Counted from the stretch's first letter, positions 37,854 through 52,278 are shown. The stretch is 64,000 nt of DNA from Eledone cirrhosa (GCA_964016885.1 OZ024743.1:145390001-145454000); one strand, 5' to 3'. The notes: a model not told the origin generated them from the letters alone. A program made the numbers and translations.

Positions 37854-39791
37854 ATGGACTGCACTACATACAACAACTTCATTCGAAAAGAATTACATAA
37901 AAAATATAGAAAAACGAATGAAGTAACTCTTAAGCACATCAATGATGAGGCATGCGAAATAGTGAAAAATCTCGGAATCGAAGATAGGACAGGACCACTC
38001 TTACCGGCGGTACCCACCTTCAATCTTAAGGACCATAAGGTAAACTTTGATAATGACCCTAAAATTAGATTAATCTGCCCCTCTAAATCAGATATAGGTA
38101 AAATAAGCAAATATATTTTGGATAGAATCATCCCCCAAATTAAGGCTAAGGTTAACATTAAACTCTGGGGGAAGACCCAAGAAGCAATAAGATGGTTTAA
38201 TAGCATTAGCAATAAGAATAAATCTAAGTTTATCCAGTTTGATATCGACGAATATTACTCATCGATATCACCTGAAACTTTGAATAGAGCCATTAAGTTT
38301 GCTAAGGATAACTCTGACCTTACAAACGATGAAATTAAGATTATATTAGAAGCTAGGAAAACTATAGTCAAATTTGAGAACAGTTGTTGGGTTCGTAAAG
38401 ATAGACCCTCTAACTTTGACATAACAATGGGCTCTAATGATTCGGCGGAAATAACTGATATTGTGGAGTTATTTATCGCCTTTAGACTCCAGGAAAAATT
38501 CAGCAATCTCCACGGCGGAATATACCGCGACGATGTTCTCCTCCTAGTTAAAAACCTAAATAACCAAAAACTAGAAAAACTACGCAAAGATATAAGAAAA
38601 CTACTACTCGAAATAGGACTAACTATAACATATGAATACAACCTTAAAGTAGTTAACTTCCTGGATATCACACTCAATTTAAACTCTGGTCTGATTAAAC
38701 CGTTTCATAAATTGAATGAAAATCTGAAGTACGTAAATGTTGGGTCTAACCACCCCATCTCTATAATTAAATCTATCCCTAAAAATATTTCCCTTAGAAT
38801 CTCGGGTTTATCTTCTAACATACAAGTATTTAAGGAACACGCCGAGTACTACGATAACGCCCTTAGTAAAGCAGGCTACCTCAACAAAATAGAGTATATA
38901 GATGAGAACAATCAAAACACCCAAAATAAATCCCACATAGGTAGATATAATAACACAACACCAAACCACACTTACTACCATAGTATACACACCAGTAAAC
39001 CAACAAACAAAACTAATAGAAAGCGATGCAAAGAGTACTTATGGTATAACCCTGAATACAATAGTTCCATTAGTACAAATTTACCAGTACTCTTCTTTAA
39101 AATAATTAAGAGACATTTTCATACATCACACAAATACCACAAAATCCTAAACCCTACCACTATAAGACTGTCATACTCTACAGCGTTAAACCTTGAACAA
39201 CACATAAAAAAGATCAATACTAGAAGGTTAAACGAAAACACTAAAAACTTAAGTACAAAGAAGACAAAAAAAACAGTAGACAATACACTACAGAACATAA
39301 ATAAACCACACCTAAGTTCGTCCGCAATACTACTCCAGAGAAAACCCAACGTACACAACTGTAACTGCACCTATCCTGACAACTGCCCTCTCGGCAATAA
39401 CTGCCTGGAAAAAAATATTATTTATAAGTGTACCATTAAATCCGGAGGCAACGAGTGGTATTACGTGGGATCAACGGCAACATCGTTTAAATCTCGATTA
39501 TATAGGCATTCTTACTCAATAAAACACCAGAGCCAAAGAAATGTAACAACTTTAGCAGAAAAAGCTTGGACGCTCAGGGATAGCGATCAAAAGTTTACCC
39601 TAAAATGGGAGAAATTAGCTAAAACCCAAAGCTTTTCCAGGAGCCAAAATTTCTGCAAATTGTGTAATCTTGAGATTTATTACATAATCACACACAAGAA
39701 GAAATTGCTGAATAACAGAATTGAACGAACATTATTCTGCCGTCACCGAACTAAAACCCTTTTTTCCCACTACAAGCTGAATATTACATAA
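37854..39791 (+). CDS. PLE (Naiad-type) RT-GIY-YIG ORF, uninterrupted but missing the N-terminus
   Basis: 645 aa: LKDHK..RLICP.KSD, FIQFDI, MGS, YRDD, FLDI, CNC-x5-CPLG..C, IIY..YYVG, CKLC. Confidence 0.93.
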   Translation: MDCTTYNNFIRKELHKKYRKTNEVTLKHINDEACEIVKNLGIEDRTGPLLPAVPTFNLKDHKVNFDNDPKIRLICPSKSDIGKISKYILDRIIPQIKAKVNIKLWGKTQEAIRWFNSISNKNKSKFIQFDIDEYYSSISPETLNRAIKFAKDNSDLTNDEIKIILEARKTIVKFENSCWVRKDRPSNFDITMGSNDSAEITDIVELFIAFRLQEKFSNLHGGIYRDDVLLLVKNLNNQKLEKLRKDIRKLLLEIGLTITYEYNLKVVNFLDITLNLNSGLIKPFHKLNENLKYVNVGSNHPISIIKSIPKNISLRISGLSSNIQVFKEHAEYYDNALSKAGYLNKIEYIDENNQNTQNKSHIGRYNNTTPNHTYYHSIHTSKPTNKTNRKRCKEYLWYNPEYNSSISTNLPVLFFKIIKRHFHTSHKYHKILNPTTIRLSYSTALNLEQHIKKINTRRLNENTKNLSTKKTKKTVDNTLQNINKPHLSSSAILLQRKPNVHNCNCTYPDNCPLGNNCLEKNIIYKCTIKSGGNEWYYVGSTATSFKSRLYRHSYSIKHQSQRNVTTLAEKAWTLRDSDQKFTLKWEKLAKTQSFSRSQNFCKLCNLEIYYIITHKKKLLNNRIERTLFCRHRTKTLFSHYKLNIT

Positions 39792-40069
39792 AAGAGGGAC
39801 ATCCCCCCAACTATATAAACATCAATCTAGTTAGAAAAATATAAAAACAATCTCTTCTCAACATATATATGTATATTAATAACCTTAAATTACCACACTA
39901 ATAATGGAAAGATATGCTGATGAGAATAGGTGCAAATATGCTATAATGAATGTGTCTAAAAGCGACCATATGTATGTATATATATGTGAAAATGTATATA
40001 AATAAGTAAATATATATATATATGTTTGATGTGTATAGTTGGATGTAAGTGTATTCATGTATTAAAGTG

Positions 40070-40101
<32 letters not shown>

Positions 40102-40739
40102 GACTGGAGTATGTATGTATATATGTGTGTGTCTATACGTGTGTATATAAAGATAAGTTGAGTATGAAAATGTATACACAAGGATGCGTATGTATGTACA
40201 TGTATATATGTGTAGATATATGTATATATATGTGTGTGCATGTGTATATGTTTGTAAGTATGAGCATGTAAGTATGTGTATGTGAGTATATGTATTTTGT
40301 AGAGGTGTGCATATATGTTTGTGTGTGAATCCGTGGGCGAAAGGATACGTACACTTGAAAGAAAAATTTAAGTCTGAATGTTAATTAAGTGCAAACACAA
40401 AACCAACCATGCATATCTATACTATCTCTAATCCTTCTATAGATTTAGAAAAATAACCAATAATATATTCTATAAAAATGTCAAAACAACAGATGGGAAT
40501 CTAATTACTCACTGCCACCAAAAATTCTCACTGCTATCAAAAAACCACTCCCTCAACTATTCTTCTAACAACTTCACCCCTCCCTCCTAATATTCTCTAT
40601 AAAAACCAAACAGGTCCCCAGTAAAATTATATACCTACTGTGTGTAATATTTATATTACAACACTACGGAAAATACTGTATATAATATATATATATATAT
40701 ACCTGTATGTATATATATATATATATATATATATACCTG

Positions 40740-40832
<93 letters not shown>

Positions 40833-41045
40833 GGTGGGGTGGCAGTGTTGAACAATGAAAATAAAACAAAAGTAAGTTAATTGGTTCATTGTTTTACGAT
40901 CGTCTCAGAGGATTGACTGATCGTGGTAGATCGATATATCAACTACCAGAGTAGTGGTTACATCGCACCCTATTTCTAGTCTCGAATCCCAGATAGATTT
41001 AATCCGCTTCTTAAGAAACACTGAACTACATATATATATATGTAT

Positions 41046-41106
<61 letters not shown>

Positions 41107-41426
41107 GCGCGCGCGTGTGTGTGTGCGTATGCGTATGCGCGTGTGTGTCTGTGTGTGTGTGCGTATGCGCGCGTGTGTGCGTATACTAATAAAACTATGT
41201 TATTGTGTGCTTGTTTGTAATTAAATACACCCAAAATGGTGCATGATGGGAAACTACTTTGAAAGGAAGTTGCCCCTGAAATGGAAATTCAAACGGAATA
41301 TACGCGTAAATCGGAGCACGGGTTCCCGAGATACGGGGGTTTTCCGGGTACCTTCATAAATAGTGACAGAGAAAGATAGAGAGAAAGAAATTGCGGTTGT
41401 GAGAGAGTAGATTGAAAGACACCCAT

Positions 41427-41457
<31 letters not shown>

Positions 41458-41588
41458 CAGAGGTATCCACAGTAAGTTGTGGGGTCTATTCTGCATGAAG
41501 AACTGGATGTAATCCATATGTTGAAAATGTTGTAGGTTAAGATAAATCCCGGAAAACAATAATACATTAAAAGGAAAACAGAGTCGTG

Positions 41589-41680
41589 ATATAAGTTAAA
41601 ACAATGAAATAAAAAATCAAGTCATTAGAGATATACTTCACAATGACTTGATCTTTTATTTCATTGTTTTAACTTATATA
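41589..41680. repeat. Short inverted repeat (~38-bp arms)
   Basis: ATATAAGTTAAAACAATGAAATAAAA..AAGTCATT followed by its reverse complement. Confidence 0.75.
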
Positions 41681-41689
41681 TACGGCTTA

Positions 41690-41901
41690 ATACGGGATGT
41701 TTGTTTACAAACACACCGAGCATTATAATAAATGTTCGGTGAATCCATACGTACATATAATTATGTGTGCATCTATGTATATATATATATACATACTACT
41801 GTGCGTCTGTACACATATATGTATGTACGTGTACATACTTATATTTAAGTAACAGCCGTACTAAGAGTGGGAAATGAAATTTCGTTTCATTTTTTCCGTT
41901 T
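41690..41901 (+). mobile_element. Second copy of the 3' end at 21,905-22,104
   Basis: Shares CGGGATGTTTGTT..AAGTAACAGCCGTACTAAGAGTG..TTTTTTCCGTTT. Confidence 0.8.
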
Positions 41902-42031
41902 CTATATATATATATATATATAAATTTAATGCAATGAAATACCTATGACCGTTGGTAAATCACTGGTGAGGGACTCATTTTATAACATGTTATCCATGTG
42001 CAACCATGCAGTATTCTTCTCCCCATTTTTT

Positions 42032-42119
<88 letters not shown>

Positions 42120-42417
42120 TTGGTGCTCTGAAATAGCGAGATAAGCTGACAGTTTCATACTGTTGGTAAGAAGTAAGTGACATAATCACTACTTTAAAAC
42201 AATAACGTAAGGTCTTCAAAATGCTTTTAATTAAGCATACAGTGTATTACCAAATACACTGTATATACATTCATATATACATCGCTATTTCAGAGCACGA
42301 ATTCTAATTTTCAATTTTTGCTGGACCGGCAACCGCTCTATATAATCAGTTCCTGATTATTACTGGAATTCTATAAGAATCCAACATTCATAATTTTTCA
42401 ACAAACAAGGGGAGTGC

Positions 42418-42465
42418 TAAGCTCTGAGGAATACCAACAGTATGAAACAGAGATCTGTCAGCTTA
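42418..42465 (+). ncRNA. Type I hammerhead in a rearranged repeat (42,113-42,590)
   Basis: TAAGCT-CTGAGGA-ATAC/GTAT-GAAA-CAGAGATCTG-TC-AGCTTA. Confidence 0.85.
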
Positions 42466-42588
42466 TCTCCCTTTGTTTGTTGAAAAAAAAGCAGTGACAT
42501 AATCACTACTTTAAAACAATAGCGTAAGGTCTTCAAAATGCTTTTAATTAAGCATACAGTGTATTACCAAATACACTATATATACATA

Positions 42589-42625
<37 letters not shown>

Positions 42626-42629
<4 letters not shown>

Positions 42630-42795
42630 TGTTTCTACTTTTTGCACAAGGCCAGCAATTATCCCAGTGTATTACTGGTACTTTATTTTATCGACCCCGT
42701 AAGGCAAAGTTAACCTCCGCTCGATTTGAACTCAGATCATAAAGGGCCGTAACTCTTTGCTGCAAAGCATGGCGTCCGACCCTCTGCCGATACTG

Positions 42796-42797
<2 letters not shown>
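42626..42797 (-). mobile_element. tRNA-derived SINE
   Basis: Same family as 17,584-17,776. Confidence 0.85.
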
Positions 42798-42882
<85 letters not shown>

Positions 42883-42888
<6 letters not shown>

Positions 42889-43392
42889 ATTAATATATCT
42901 ACCGACATATGTATACAGATGCATACCTATACCTAGCAGATATATATGTTTTGTCTTAGTAACTTTGTGGTTCTATGCAGGGGAATGCAGAACAATTATA
43001 TGAAAGACGTAAATAAGAAAGTTGACTTACTTACTAAAATTTCACTCCAACTAATTAGTTTCTGTAAGGGGATAAATATAGTTATGTAATAACTATAGAG
43101 AAGCCTTACGTCATCAGGGGGTCTATTCTCAGCTAAGTTTCCAGGCAATACGGGGACACTGGGAACTTATATGAAAATAATTCAGTGGATGCAAAAAAGC
43201 GAGCGGGGCTAGATTCCAAGCCATTGAAAAATTCACTGCCTTCTTGGTCAAGTGGCAAATTCAAAAGAATCAATCACGTGACACTGAGGTTAACCAGCTT
43301 GGAGTGGGGGTGCTATTAAGACAGCTAGTTAATCTCAGAGTGAAATTTTAGTAAGTCAATTTTCATAACTTTCTTATGTACGTCTTTCATAT
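42883..43392 (-). mobile_element. 522-nt HHR element, copy 2 (different permutation, partial); HHR at 43,044-43,122
   Basis: CTGATGA-C-GTAAGG/CCTTAC-A-GAAA-CTAATTAG-TT-GGAGT; short inverted piece 43,338-43,392 starts within 1 nt of the cleavage site. Confidence 0.78.
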
Positions 43393-43493
43393 ATATATAT
43401 ATATATATTAAAATAACAGATTAAAGTTTAAGCAAAGAATCGCTGCTTATTGAGCCCTCTTTGGATTTTAGTCTTCAAATTTATTATTATTAC

Positions 43494-43525
<32 letters not shown>

Positions 43526-43554
43526 TAAATATATATATATATATATATATATAT

Positions 43555-43823
43555 TCTCTATTCTAAGGCGGGTAAAATTCCCGAGATCCATGGACGAGTT
43601 CTCTCCAGCGGTCTCTGTCCCTCACTATCGCTGCCATGTCCTGCGTCTCCAACAGACCAGTGTCTGTCCTTAGGGCATGAACATACGTTAACCTTGGTTT
43701 TCCTCTTCTAGTGTGTCCATGTAGGGTCCCCCAAAGGAGCACTGAGTGCAATGTCAACTCTGGATGTCGGTGAGCATGTCCAGCTAACCTCAGTCTCCTC
43801 TGTGTCACTTTTGAGCTGGACAC
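43555..43823 (-). pseudogene. RTE-clade LINE 3' fragment
   Basis: RRLRLAGHAHRH..LLW..RRGKPRLTY..DRDRWRELV. Confidence 0.8.
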
Positions 43824-43846
43824 ATATATATAGAGACTTGGACACG

Positions 43847-43909
<63 letters not shown>

Positions 43910-44122
43910 AAAAAGAGATGAAATCGAAAATGCAACTGGAGTCTTATTTTTTTTTTTAAATATATATAATTATTTGGTTCCTTTACCGGTTTCGCAGTTC
44001 TTCTGCTTTTCAAAAGTAGAGTTGAGATGGAGGGTCTGTGGTTTTTGTCACATCTGTGAGAAAAACCACAGACCCTCCATCTCAACTCACCTTTATTTTT
44101 CAATTTGTAAAAAAAACCTCAC

Positions 44123-44130
<8 letters not shown>
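43910..44130. mobile_element. Second copy of the 23,545-23,912 palindrome, right arm internally deleted
   Basis: Same centre GTCACATCTGTGAGAAAAACCACAGACC and same end AACCTCACTTTCTAAT. Confidence 0.85.
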
Positions 44131-44211
<81 letters not shown>

Positions 44212-44214
<3 letters not shown>

Positions 44215-45849
44215 GGTATCCCTAAAGTACATAAAAGCGAATCAATAAGTAAGGCATGCAAGGAAGCCACAGACATAGTCATCAATGTCCCCTCACCCAA
44301 TGATCTCAAATTAAGACCTATAATAGCAGGCCCCGCTTGCGAAACGCACCGTCTTAGCAACTTCATTGATACCCTTCTCAAACCCTTCCTCAAGCACATC
44401 AAAAGCTATATAAGGGACGACCTAGATATGCTCAATCACCTCCCTAATATGCCACTTTCTGAACAAACCCTACTAGTGACGTTCGATGTAGTCAACCTAT
44501 ACTCCAACATCCCCCACAACCTAGGAATAGAAGCTATCCAATTCTGGCTGGATAATTTCCACAATGAACTCCCACAACGCATCAAAAAAGAATTCGTGAT
44601 AGAGGGACTCAAATTTATCTTGGAGAACAATTACTTCGTTTTCAATAACAAACCCAACAGGCAGAAATCTGGGACCGCTATGGGAACGAAAACAGCCCCC
44701 ACTTATTCCAACCTAGTCATGGGATACCTGGAAATCACCCTCTACACTAAAGTGCTAAACAAATTTGGAAACACCCTCCACTTACACATTGAAAGGAACT
44801 GGAAGCGATATCTAGATGACTGCTTCATCCTTTGGCACGAAAACATCGAAAAACTTAAAGAATTTCACACCCTTATAAATGGGCTCAACACAAATATTAA
44901 CTTCACGATGGAATACAGCCATCAACAACTCCCCTTCCTCGACATCCTCATTAAGATCCATAACAAAAAAATAGAAACAGACTCCAAGCAATATCTCCCC
45001 TTCAACTCTTGCCACCCTAGACACGTTAAAATTAATATTCCCTACAACTTAGCCAAGAGAATCTGTACTATAGTCTCCAATAAAAACATCTGCTACTTAC
45101 GGCTACAAGAACTAAAGGACACACTCATAGGCAGGGACTACCCTGCATCACTAATTGACAATGGAATCCAACGTGCCCTAAAACTCAGTACCCAGGACCT
45201 TAGACACCCTAAAGTAAATCAACCAAAACTAAAAGCTCTTCCATACATCTCCACACACAACCCCCTCAACAATGAGGCCTTTGACACCATCCTCCAGAAC
45301 ATCCCTGTATTGAAAAAGGACCATAGAATGAACCAAATTCTACGAACACACGATATCATAAAGAGCAAAAGACAATCCAAGTCAATGAAAAACATCTTAA
45401 CACATGCCAAAGTACTGCCAACCACAACAACGAAACCCACAGTAAAAAAATGCGATAGACCCAACTGTGGCATTTGCATCAACCTAATAGAGGGTTCGGA
45501 ATTCTATTTCAAAGATGGACAACGTTTTATAGTAAAACACAATTTCACATGTGCATCGGAAAATCTAATATATGTATTAACTTGTTCAGGTTGTCGAGAA
45601 CAATACATAGGCCAGACCAAAAACAGCCTCCGCCAACGCATGACTGTCCATAGATCCCAAATCAAAATACGGGAATACAGGAAAATACCACTGAGTGAAC
45701 ACATTGATACCTGTGCCGCCCAAAATCATCCCAACTTCAGAATCTTTCCCCTCTACAAATTTAAAGATAATGCCACCCACACCCAGCGCATCAGCAAGGA
45801 ATCTTACTTCATTAACAAATACGGACCCCGTCTAAACACTTCTCCCTAA
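44212..45849 (+). CDS. Neptune-type PLE RT-GIY-YIG ORF, 5'-truncated at (TA)n
   Basis: [42 protein letters not shown]-x4-C-x2-[17 protein letters not shown]; the ORF-track start at 44,038 is read-through of flanking repeat. Confidence 0.92.
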
Positions 45850-45987
45850 GACGAACCCACAACATACACACGTCAACATACATACCTACATCAGCACACA
45901 TCTCTACCCACATATAAACACAATGACATACGTAAACACACATGCTCTATGGTGCAACACAAAAAAATATATGTGCATATATATATA

Positions 45988-46127
<140 letters not shown>

Positions 46128-46477
46128 ATATATGTGTGTGTGTATATATATATAGTGAATATCATTTCACACCTTTTATTGTTAAGATTTTTGATGTTCT
46201 ATTAAGAGAACCGATGTTACTGAAAAAATCGAATAATGTACACCATTTTACCAGGGGGAAAAAAATACTGGTCCACCCACACACACACACACACACATAT
46301 ATATATACACACACGCGTACATCAACATACAAAGAGACTTATATATACACACCACACACACACGCACTTCTCCGTATAAGACAAAAGCTGAAAAATATCT
46401 TTTGACATGCTAAAATACCCCCCATTGCTTTCAGACACATTCTTACTGACCATCCCTGCCACCACGAATTACTCTGC

Positions 46478-46560
<83 letters not shown>

Positions 46561-46638
46561 ATCTTAATAGCCATTTGACACACATCGCTGCTAACCATTA
46601 TCACAACATCGAACACCTTACTACTACTACTACTACTA

Positions 46639-46690
<52 letters not shown>

Positions 46691-46715
46691 TTGTTGTGAA
46701 AGAGTCATTTCTCAA

Positions 46716-46933
46716 TCTTGGCGCAAAACCAATTTTTTATTCACATGACCTCTACCGACCAATCAAAATTGTTTTGACCAGAAGAATTTTTGCTGGAGCC
46801 ACTTTTTTAACATAAAAACAGTCTTGGCGCAAAATCAATTTTTTACATTCACATGACCTCTACCGACCAATCAAAATTGTTTTGACCACAAGAATTTTTG
46901 CAAATTGGAGCCACTTTTTTAACATAAAAACAG
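46716..46933. repeat. Tandem duplication of a ~105-112-bp unit
   Basis: TCTTGGCGCAAAA..TGGAGCCACTTTTTTAACATAAAAACAG occurs twice. Confidence 0.85.
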
Positions 46934-47188
46934 GTAGAATTCCCAAAACTAATCAGATCAGAGCAAACAGCACGGACACTCTATCTCAAAATTATTTTTG
47001 AAAAGCATTTAGAAATGCGCAACCGGTAAAAACTTAAAAACTTAAAACCACAACTGAATACTAACCCATACAATCACTAATACTCTTTTATTTCTAATTA
47101 AACCATTTTTCAACTGTGAACAATTTGTCAGCATTTTCTATTCCGTTTACCAATATATAATAACTTGTGTGTTACACCTCTATTCTTT

Positions 47189-47235
<47 letters not shown>

Positions 47236-47267
47236 TATATATACATTTATATAAACACTATATATAC

Positions 47268-47298
<31 letters not shown>

Positions 47299-47324
47299 TT
47301 TTTAAATATATATATATATATAAT

Positions 47325-47832
47325 GTAGGAGGTGACTTTTATTGTAGTACAATAAAGCAATGCAGATATCGGATAAGAAGCACTCTACAGTTTGTAGGAC
47401 TGGAGTATACATAATATATAAGATCAAAAGATGGTTAAAGGAGTTCCATGTATTTTATTATACGCATTTCAAAAACAAACATCATCATGCAATAATATTT
47501 GTGTTTTCATCAGATAAAACAGGAGGACATGATATGAAGGCTAAAAAACACTTGTGGATAGTGCAGTTTTAAATCAACATATGAAAAGTAGTTTTAGATT
47601 GATGTGTGATATTGGGAAAAATATTTTATTTAGAGACCCAATATCACACATCAATCTAAAACTACTTTTCATATGTTGATTTAAAACTGCACTATCCACA
47701 AGTGTTTTTTAGCCTTCATATCATGTCCTCCTGATTTATCTGATGAAAACACAAATATTATTGCATGATGATGTTTGTTTTTGAAATGCGCATAATAAAA
47801 TACATGGAACTCCTTTAACCATCTTTTGATCT

Positions 47833-47840
<8 letters not shown>
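47325..47840. mobile_element. Head-to-head inverted repeat (arms ~47,414-47,616 and 47,637-47,839) with HHRs
   Basis: HHR at 47,735-47,799 (+): TTTAT-CTGATGA-long stem II-GAAA-TGCGCA-TA-ATAAA; mirror copy on -. Confidence 0.88.
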
Positions 47841-47864
<24 letters not shown>

Positions 47865-48199
47865 GGGTCTGATGAAATCATCACTGATGACTACTGTTTC
47901 CTATCGTGAGAGCGACGACAATTGCCTATATATATATGCCAATGTTGTTTTAAGTCACCCAAATTGAACTAATGTTCTATCTTAAATGATCGGTTTCAAC
48001 GATGAATGCTCAAGTTATTCGATCATTACATATTATTCTTGTTAAATTAACATGTACGTGGCTGGATATTCCACAGGCACGTGTACTCTTAAGGAAGATT
48101 TAGCGTGATACCGTTTGTAATCAGACAGGCTTTTTAAGCACAGGTACAGTCTATTCAACAGGCTTCTAAACAGTTTTTTCCGTCTACCAAGTTTCATTC

Positions 48200-48530
48200 A
48201 GATCTCTCGGTGTTACAGAGTTCATCGCTCTTAGAACCATCGACGTAGGGTTTATATTTTTCTGGTATCTTCCAGCTGGTGTTGAAATCAGTAAAGCTCT
48301 CTTTCAGCTTACATGTTTGGAGATCTTGGTTGTGTACCTTTTCTCGTGTTCCCGGAATGATGCCGTATGTTTGTTATTGCGTTCTTTAAATTGTCGATTC
48401 GTAACACCGGTGTGCCGCTTGAGAATGGTGGTGTGGTCAGGGTTTGACGATTTCACTGTTGTCTTGTAGACTATGGCCTCTGTTCTACATGCCCCATCTA
48501 GAGGACATACATCTCTGATCCTACATGATC
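48200..48530 (-). pseudogene. Naiad-type GIY-YIG fragment
   Basis: CRIRDVCPLDGACRTEAIVYKTTV..TGVTNRQFKER..HTASFR..SWKI. Confidence 0.75.
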
Positions 48531-49163
48531 ATCCAGCTAGGTTGGATAATGGTGGCTTACTGGTTATAATTGATTTAAAGTTGGGCATTGCGGAGATGGC
48601 TTATATGGAAACATTCACTGGATCCAAACTCATACTTCAATTCGAGGAACGAATTTGGTCACGAAATATCCAGACACCCATCACAGATAACATGATCCAA
48701 AACCACCGGGTAAACACCCTAACATTTTGAAAACAGAATAACGAAACATTCCAGATTAAAAGGAATATTAGCAAATGTTACCTTTTCTGCACCGATTACA
48801 AAGATATATGCTTATATATTTGTATGTATGTGTGTGTACATGTGCATATGTGGGTTTGGGTGCGCGTGTACAGACATACATGTGAGGTGGGGTGTGTGTG
48901 CGGATATATGTAAATACGTGTGTATGTGTAAGTGTGCCCGTTCATATGTGTGTGTGTGTGTATGGGTGTGTGTGTGTGTGTGTGTGTGAGTATGTGTACA
49001 TATTCCCACGTACCCTAAATGATAGTGCCTAGGAAGGTATACATCAGTTTGCCATCTATTTGGTATAACATTGATTTTACCCCTATGTTTACATATTGAG
49101 GGTTCTTTCTTTAGTGATTACAACTCCACATTCAAGAAATATATATATAGATATATTTCCTGA

Positions 49164-49282
<119 letters not shown>

Positions 49283-50229
49283 GCGGTGTTGCGTGTATGT
49301 GTACCTGTGTGTGTCTTTGTTTGTTTGGGGTGAGAGTGATATATTAATATAATATAAATTATACCAGAACATGAAACCCGTTTTTGCGAGCAAATTAGCT
49401 CTGTAAAAATTCCAGTCAATCGTATTGTCAACTGAAATTGAATATCGAGAGAATCGATGTTATCCAGATCAAATATTCTAGTGACAGCCAAGTCATGAGA
49501 TACTCAAATTTGGTAAATATTCATAAATATCTGTCTGGTATTTCATAGATATTCATTGAGGTTTGTGGCGGCTCAGAAAGCATATTCGAAATATTTGTAG
49601 TGCTGAATATGTGTAAGAAATATATCTCTTCGATACTGGGTTTATTACTGGCTGGATATACAAAGCCTTTTCGACAGTATCTATAGAACTCTTGGCCTGT
49701 CTGAGTGATATGATAAATATCAAAGTAGAATACGCCAATACCCAACATTCTTTTCCATTTTAGTTTATACTAGATGAAGCTTATTATACTAGATTATACT
49801 AGATGAAGCTTATGTTATGACACTAAGAAAGATTTGAATTTAAACACATAATCAGAATATAAGTCTAATAATTCTTCAGTTTTTAAGCTAGAAAACTGTC
49901 AACTCTGAAGTTACTATTGGCAAATATAAATCCCAATATTCTGATGCCAATTCAGCGTTTCAGTCTAACAATACATAGTGTCAATTCCAGATATGTTTTT
50001 ATTCACTAAAACAAAAAGGATTCCTCCGGGAATACTTAAATTATAACGTGATTATATTTAATAACTGATTGTTCTATTCGTCAGTTGCGAAGGTGCACAA
50101 TATATAGAAAAGGTTCGTTTGTTTGGGGAATTTCTTATTGGTTTTTTTTTTTTTCGTTTTTTTTAAATGAATTTCTTCAAACACTCCGATTAACGATCAT
50201 ACCCAAATATATATATCTGTGTGTGTGTG

Positions 50230-50378
<149 letters not shown>

Positions 50379-50493
50379 GCGCGTGTGTGCGTGTGTGTGT
50401 ATGTGTGTGTGTGTGTTTATCCCGGGTTTAATCGGGGGTAACCACATTAAGTAAGATACTCAATACATAGCAGAGTATAAATATTTAATATAA

Positions 50494-50602
50494 AAATGGC
50501 TTCTACGGGTCTAGAACTGTTTCATTCGGGAGAAATCATCAGGAAGCGGCTTCATGATGTTTTCTCCCGAATGAAGCAGCTCTAGTCCTGTAGAAGCCAT
50601 TT
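50494..50602. ncRNA. Small palindrome of two opposed hammerheads; intact core at 50,499-50,547 (-)
   Basis: GCTTC-CTGATGA-TTTC..GAAT-GAAA-CAG..CCG-TA-GAAGC; the + arm core is degenerate. Confidence 0.65.
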
Positions 50603-50783
50603 CTATATTTTATATATATATATATATAGGAACGTTTCGACGGCTAATTCCAGAATTAGCCGTCGAAACGGCTTGAGCTCAGCCGTCGGGGTCCTACTCG
50701 TTCCTATTACCCACTCTACTACCCTAAGTATTGAGTACTTTGGTGCGTTATGGTCCATCTGGTTACTTACCACATTTCCTTCG

Positions 50784-50814
<31 letters not shown>

Positions 50815-50816
<2 letters not shown>

Positions 50817-51605
50817 TTGCAAGGTTTTTGATATGAAATCGTGTGTCGAAACAAAACAAATATTGTTATACTTGGGGAGGGTCATATTGTTGTAATAATA
50901 TTGCCAGAAATAATAATAGAACGCACTCACTGTTTGGTTCGTTTTCGCTTCTGTCTCTTTTATATCTCCATAGTTAATTTATTTTGCAATCAATGTTTAT
51001 CATTGACTGACCAACGGTTAAAAATACAGATATAAATATACAAGTTAATATAAAAAAATATGATCAACACTAATGTGTTTTTATTGCAAATTGACAATAA
51101 TTTAGCCAGATAGAAATACCTTAATTCAAATACATATAGTCTGTCTGTATCGATCTAAAAAATAATAAATCTATACTCACAGACGTATATCGGCAACTAT
51201 TAACTTGTATTGTACTGCTCAGAAATATTTCTTAGAGCTAAATAATTGTATTTGACTCCTGAGTGAAAACTCTAAATTATATGATATAAATATATATATA
51301 TATAGTCTAACAAAGTTCTTTCGTTGCACATCTGCCACATCATCAGTGGTACTATTATCATGTTCCCTCCTATTGTATTGTATTGTAATGTTTACGCCAT
51401 TTTTATTTTATTTATTTATTTATTTATTTATTTATTTTTGTCTCCGTCTCTGTGCATGCGTTTGCGTGTGTGTATAATGTTTGGTGTGTGTTCGTGTTTG
51501 GGTGTATGTGTTTTGGTTTTTGTATTCTATCGTTGTTTACTTATGTGTTTGTTGTTATTGTACTTGTGTATATGTTTATTTATTTATTTAGTTCGTATAT
51601 AGATG
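50815..51605 (-). mobile_element. PLE 3' region/pLTR (family of 55,870-56,630), HHR at ~51,309-51,350
   Basis: CTGATGA-T-GTGGCA/TGCAAC-GAAA-GAAC-TT; ATGACCCTCCCCAAGTATAACAATAT end motif. Confidence 0.78.
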
Positions 51606-52278
51606 TATATGTTGTTGTACTATAAAAACATGGACTGTAATTCGGTGGAATTTACCTTTACCAAACACATACCTATAAACTATACACATCTAAAAAAAAT
51701 TACATCTCAAACTAAGAAAATTCCATGGTTAATACATCTGAGTTACAACCAACATATACATTTATATACGAACTCCAATATAAAAATTCTTGAATGAAAA
51801 TTACCTACCCAATTCAATCACGTGCTTTGCATTACATCTCACATAACATATACCTATTTTATCACCACATGTCTCCCTACCATATAGCACGCCATTTAAA
51901 AAAATTTAAACATTTCTAACACTTATAACATGCTTTTACATTCTACACAAAATATGCTTATTTCAGCTGTAATATAACTCTTTCCTAATACATGCCTTAT
52001 TGATTGTATTGACTCTTGAATTATATACCCTTAACATTACCTGATCTCCAATTATATGATATCTTATGTCTATCCTATCTTACATTTTTTCGTGCTTGTA
52101 CTTTTTGCTTGTACCTCTTGCACTTTCCACCATTGCTCCTTGTAATTGTGTTCTCTGAAGAATAACATTCTTTTAACTCCCGATTCTCTACATGATGTCA
52201 AGGACACTAACAACACTTATGTATCTACCTGAATGTTCTGAAGATAAGGATTTTAATCACCTGTTTAGATATTCCCTA

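Noticed and set aside
37508-38212. 234-aa minus-strand ORF ending in a GIY-YIG C-terminus
   Set aside because: Chimera across the inversion junction: antisense RT sequence fused to the inverted 3' copy.
47869-47900. Two CTGATGA motifs
   Set aside because: No properly placed stem II plus GAAA and cleavage triplet.
49350-49750. Coding-looking stretch on the minus strand
   Set aside because: Short overlapping ORFs with no motif I can identify.
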